DNA of 15,299 bases from Candidatus Nanopusillus sp. (lineage in GTDB: Archaea; Nanobdellota; Nanobdellia; Nanobdellales; Nanobdellaceae), in the NCBI GenBank assembly GCA_046536775.1, contig JAWDMD010000012.1, forward strand, positions 1-15,299, in the 5' to 3' direction. The position numbers and the translations under genes are program-made. Under the pieces are notes generated by a model. That model did no database searches. It was given only the letters and a program-made list of their open reading frames with translations, and had not been told where the DNA came from. This document shows positions 14,149 to 15,299 of this stretch, piece by piece. The number at the start of each line of letters is the position of its first letter. Within the stretch, counting starts at the first letter, position 1.

Positions 14149-14935
14149 TTATAGAATTCTTATATTTTATTAATTCTTTTAATATTTCGCTTTTTACCTT
14201 CTTATAATTATCAATATTTACCTTTCCTTCCATTAATAATATATAATAATCTTTATCAGATTGCTCATCTAAATACACCTCAAAGTTATTATATTTACTC
14301 AATATATTTTTTATATCATTAATTGCTTTATCTGGATCTATTTTTTGTGGTAATTCAAATCTCATACTCATAAATTTTTCATTGGATTCTCTTAATGTTT
14401 CACTATAATTAATAATTCCACCAGATAATAGTACATTATTTGGTATTAATAATATTTCTCCTGTATCTAAAATTATTTTCGTAAAAAATAACGATATTTC
14501 ATATATAATTCTCTTATAACCTAAATGTAAAAATTCTCTTGAAAAATATTTATATCCTGGAGAATTTAATATAGTATATGGTATATCATATGTCAAGATT
14601 CTAACTTCATCTCCTGGTTTAAAAGAACCTGATAATAATAATAGAATTCCTGCAAATAAGTTAGATAAAACGGGTTGCAATGCTAAACCTGCTATAATTC
14701 CTATTATTGTCGATGATGCTAAAACATATTCTAAACCAACATTAAAATATGATAAAACAAATATAATTATTATAAAATATCCAATTACCCTAATAATATT
14801 TCTTAAAGCAATTGAAAAATATTTATCTATATGTTTATATTTATTATAAAAGTAATTTGATATCTTTAAAGTTAAATAAAATAATATTGTTAATATTATA
14901 ATAAATATTAAAATATTTGTTAAATTTAAGTCCAT
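14126..14935 (-). CDS. mscS: Small-conductance mechanosensitive channel (MscS family)
   Basis: The 269 aa product has three N-terminal TM helices. The pore helix and beta-domain junction reads GLALQPVLSNLFAGILLLLSGSFKPGDEVRI, typical of MscS. Its 3' end overlaps the truD start by 23 nt. Confidence 0.8.
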   Translation of the reverse strand: MDLNLTNILIFIIILTILFYLTLKISNYFYNKYKHIDKYFSIALRNIIRVIGYFIIIIFVLSYFNVGLEYVLASSTIIGIIAGLALQPVLSNLFAGILLLLSGSFKPGDEVRILTYDIPYTILNSPGYKYFSREFLHLGYKRIIYEISLFFTKIILDTGEILLIPNNVLLSGGIINYSETLRESNEKFMSMRFELPQKIDPDKAINDIKNILSKYNNFEVYLDEQSDKDYYILLMEGKVNIDNYKKVKSEILKELIKYKNSINENKIST

Positions 14936-14950
14936 GGATAATATTATTTA

Positions 14951-15299
14951 AACTTAAATCTTATGGTTTAAATTCCCATTCCTGCATTTCCCTTGCTAAT
15001 CTTCCATCATACATAAACTTATCAATATTAATGTTCTTTCTTCTTTCTTGTACACTACTTAGAAATTCCCATATTTTATTAGTTGTATATTCTTTCAATT
15101 CGCCTGTTGTTAATTCTCCCATTATATATTTATCTCTTATTTCTTTTAATTTATAATCATCTTCTTCAAATAATACAGATAACCAGAAATATGAAACATC
15201 AATATCTGGATTTCCTCCATATTTTCTATGTTCTTCTAATGTACTCCTCCCACCAGAAAATGCATATTTAAATACCTTATATTTTATTGTATCATAATC
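14951..15299 (-). CDS. trpS: Tryptophanyl-tRNA synthetase, archaeal/eukaryal type (partial; N-terminus lies beyond the window end)
   Basis: Absent from the track because it has no start in the window. My minus-strand translation reads DYDTIKYKVFKYAFSGGRSTLEEHRKYGGNPDIDVSYFWLSVLFEEDDYKLKEIRDKYIMGELTTGELKEYTTNKIWEFLSSVQERRKNI...EWEFKP*. It has the AFSGG..T.EEHR..GGNPD.DV block and the GELTTGELK segment characteristic of archaeal TrpRS C-terminal regions. The stop is at 14951-14953. Confidence 0.85.

Noticed and set aside
13931-15271. Plus-strand ORFs at 13931-14173, 14917-15156 and 15083-15271
   Set aside because: They are antisense to truD, mscS and trpS. They are low-complexity sequences with no motifs.
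1-15299. CRISPR arrays, transposases, integrases, toxin-antitoxin or other defence or mobile-element signatures
   Set aside because: I saw no spaced direct repeats, no terminal inverted repeats and no ORFs with nuclease, integrase or defence motifs. All the large ORFs are housekeeping genes, and the composition is uniform apart from the 5S island.

Overview
This window is a very A+T-rich (about three-quarters A+T by eye), extremely compact archaeal core-genome segment. Nearly all of it is coding, many genes overlap by 1-41 nt, and intergenic gaps are 15-70 nt. The content is housekeeping. It includes a partial GluRS, the Rpo7(E')-Spt4 pair, and a single-chain primase that fuses PriS to the PriL Fe-S C-terminal domain. 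A small Toprim protein follows, then a truncated ribosomal-protein cluster (S17-L14-L24-S4e-L5-L6-L32e) that lacks S14/S8 and everything after L32e. Further on lie an orphan GC-rich 5S rRNA, RNase P subunit Rpp21, Pth2, a DUF457 hydrolase, a 2H phosphoesterase (LigT/ThpR), eL40 and an M50 site-2 protease. The last genes are a translin/TRAX-like protein, TruD/Pus7, a small MscS channel and a partial TrpRS. The fused primase, scattered ribosomal operons, low genomic GC with a roughly 60% GC 5S rRNA, and archaeal translin together suggest a reduced, probably thermophilic DPANN or Nanoarchaeota-like lineage. That assignment is inference, not proven. Three features are not in the ORF track: a canonical C/D box sRNA at about 8255-8308 (+), the 5S rRNA at about 8582-8694 (-), and a startless, TAG-interrupted open frame at 8310-8576 (-) that may be a gene remnant. 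The most system-like unknown is a translationally coupled tandem pair of apparently paralogous orphan proteins (3692-4716). They are divergently transcribed from the Toprim gene next to the primase, and they sit where the distal ribosomal cluster would normally continue. I saw no CRISPR array, tRNA gene, transposase or recognisable defence genes.
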